DNA of 6,857 nucleotides from a virus (Duplodnaviria; Heunggongvirae; Uroviricota; Caudoviricetes): IMG/VR virus record IMGVR_UViG_2529292836_000013; one strand, 5' to 3'. Shown piece by piece: positions 5,861 to 6,857 of this stretch (position 1 is its first letter; each line of letters starts with the position of its first letter). The notes under the pieces were generated by a model. It saw only the letters and a program-made list of their open reading frames with translations, ran no database searches and was not told where the DNA came from. The position numbers and the translations under genes were made by a program.

Positions 5861-6211
5861 ATGACTCAAAACTATGAACTGATTGTGAAAGGGATCCGCA
5901 ATTTTGAGAATAAAGTTACGGTAACTTTAGCGTTACGGGACAAAAAACGCTTTGACGGTGAAATTTTTGACCTGGACATCTCGCTGGACCGTGTTGAAGG
6001 TGCCGCGCTGGAGTTTTATGAGGCAGCAGCCAGAATGAGCATCAGACAGGTCTTCCTGGATGTTGCTGCCGGGTTATGTGAAGGGGATGAGCAGTCGCCG
6101 GAAAAGCGCCCCGTAATTTTAGAGGCGCAGAATGTATGGATAACCTACAAAGGAAAGCTACCGGGAAGAATTACTGGTTCTCTGAAGACTCCTCCGGAAT
6201 CACAACCTTAA
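5861..6211 (+). CDS. Hypothetical acidic protein, 116 aa, inserted between pinholin and endolysin
   Basis: ATG at 5861 is 4 nt after the holin stop, with GGAGAG SD 8 nt upstream. No hydrophobic segment and no motif I recognise. Confidence 0.6.
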   Translation: MTQNYELIVKGIRNFENKVTVTLALRDKKRFDGEIFDLDISLDRVEGAALEFYEAAARMSIRQVFLDVAAGLCEGDEQSPEKRPVILEAQNVWITYKGKLPGRITGSLKTPPESQP

Positions 6212-6274
6212 GTCACTGACCGGAACAGATAAACCTGTCCGTGGGCAGAAACCGATAAATCCTGATAAATATCC

Positions 6275-6595
6275 ATGAACGCAAAAATCAGATACGGCCT
6301 GTCGGCTGCCGTTCTGGCACTGATTGCCGTCGGTGCGCCCGCGCCTGATATTCTCGACCAGTTTCTGGATGAAAAAGAAGGTAACCACACAACGGCATAC
6401 CGCGATGGGTCCGGCATCTGGACCATCTGTCGGGGTGCCACGATGGTGGATGGAAAACCCGTTTTTCCCGGTATGAAACTGTCGAAGGAAAAATGCGACC
6501 AGGTCAACGCCATTGAGCGTGATAAGGCGCTGGCATGGGTGGAGCGCAATATTAAAGTACTACTGACCGAACCACAAAAAGCGGGTATAGCGTAA
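6275..6595 (+). pseudogene. SAR endolysin (T4-lysozyme-like, phage 21 R21 type) truncated after about 105 codons by an IS insertion
   Basis: N-terminal Gly/Ala-rich hydrophobic segment MNAKIRYGLSAAVLALIAVGAPAP, then an E-x8-D-x5-T catalytic spacing (EGNHTTAYRDGSGIWT). The frame ends at a TAA (6593-6595) lying inside the IS terminal sequence GTAAGCG. Typical full length is roughly 165-177 aa. Confidence 0.75.
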
Positions 6596-6857
6596 GCGAC
6601 TCGTCAGAACCGTATTGATATTTACTGAGAGCTCAGATCAACTTTCCAGGGCAACAGATCGCGTACCCGGTTTGCCGGCCAGTCCTGGATATGTTCAATG
6701 ACGTAACGCAGCCACTTTTCTGGCTCCACATTGTTCAGACGGCATGTGCCGATCAGCGAGTACAACACCGCCGCATGTTCACCACCGCTGTCGGAACCCG
6801 CGAACATCCAGTTTTTCCGGCCTACGGCCACTCCCCGTAAGGCGTTCTCTGCGATGT
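6592..6857 (-). mobile_element. IS66-family insertion sequence, terminal part only (continues beyond the window)
   Basis: Terminus begins GTAAGCG at 6592, as recalled for IS66-family inverted repeats. A transposase C-terminus is encoded on the minus strand immediately inside. The boundary is approximate. Confidence 0.7.
6622..6857 (-). CDS. IS66-family transposase (TnpC-like), C-terminal end; 5' part lies outside the window
   Basis: Minus-strand frame is open to the window edge and reads ...IAENALRGVAVGRKNWMFAGSDSGGEHAAVLYSLIGTCRLNNVEPEKWLRYV...LLPWKV, matching the conserved IS66 transposase tail (ENALRP.A.GRKNWLFAGS...LYSL..TCKLN...LLP) as I recall it. The track start at 6831 is only an internal GTG. 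Confidence 0.75.
   Translation of the reverse strand, partial: IAENALRGVAVGRKNWMFAGSDSGGEHAAVLYSLIGTCRLNNVEPEKWLRYVIEHIQDWPANRVRDLLPWKVDLSSQ

Noticed and set aside
6200-6549. Minus-strand ORFs 6200-6388 and 6208-6549
   Set aside because: Antisense to the endolysin fragment, which carries the catalytic motif; no independent support.
1-6857. CRISPR array or other long tandem repeats
   Set aside because: No regularly spaced direct repeats found by eye; only a short GCTGGTGGT/GCTGGTGCA duplication at 1208-1225 inside coding sequence.

Overview
This window reads as the early-right to late-region junction of a degraded lambdoid prophage from an enterobacterium (E. coli-like), all assigned by reading the six-frame translations and folding hairpins by eye; no searches were run. 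Left to right on the + strand: a hok/mok/sok-type type I toxin locus, a small Rem-position ORF, a frameshifted DUF968 (YdfU-like) gene, the RusA resolvase, a Cys-rich putative Q antiterminator, a pR'-like promoter and tR'-like terminator, and two tRNAs (CAU and UCU anticodons) flanking a degenerate tRNA-like relic. Next comes an AT-rich cargo segment at the position where Stx phages carry stx, holding an unrecognised minus-strand gene and a GC-rich structured non-coding stretch. The lysis cassette follows: a small conserved ORF, an S21-type pinholin, an unrecognised 116-aa gene, and a SAR endolysin truncated at codon ~105 by an IS66-family element running off the window. The most interesting candidates for undescribed function are the cargo segment (3635-5130) and the gene wedged between pinholin and endolysin (5861-6211).
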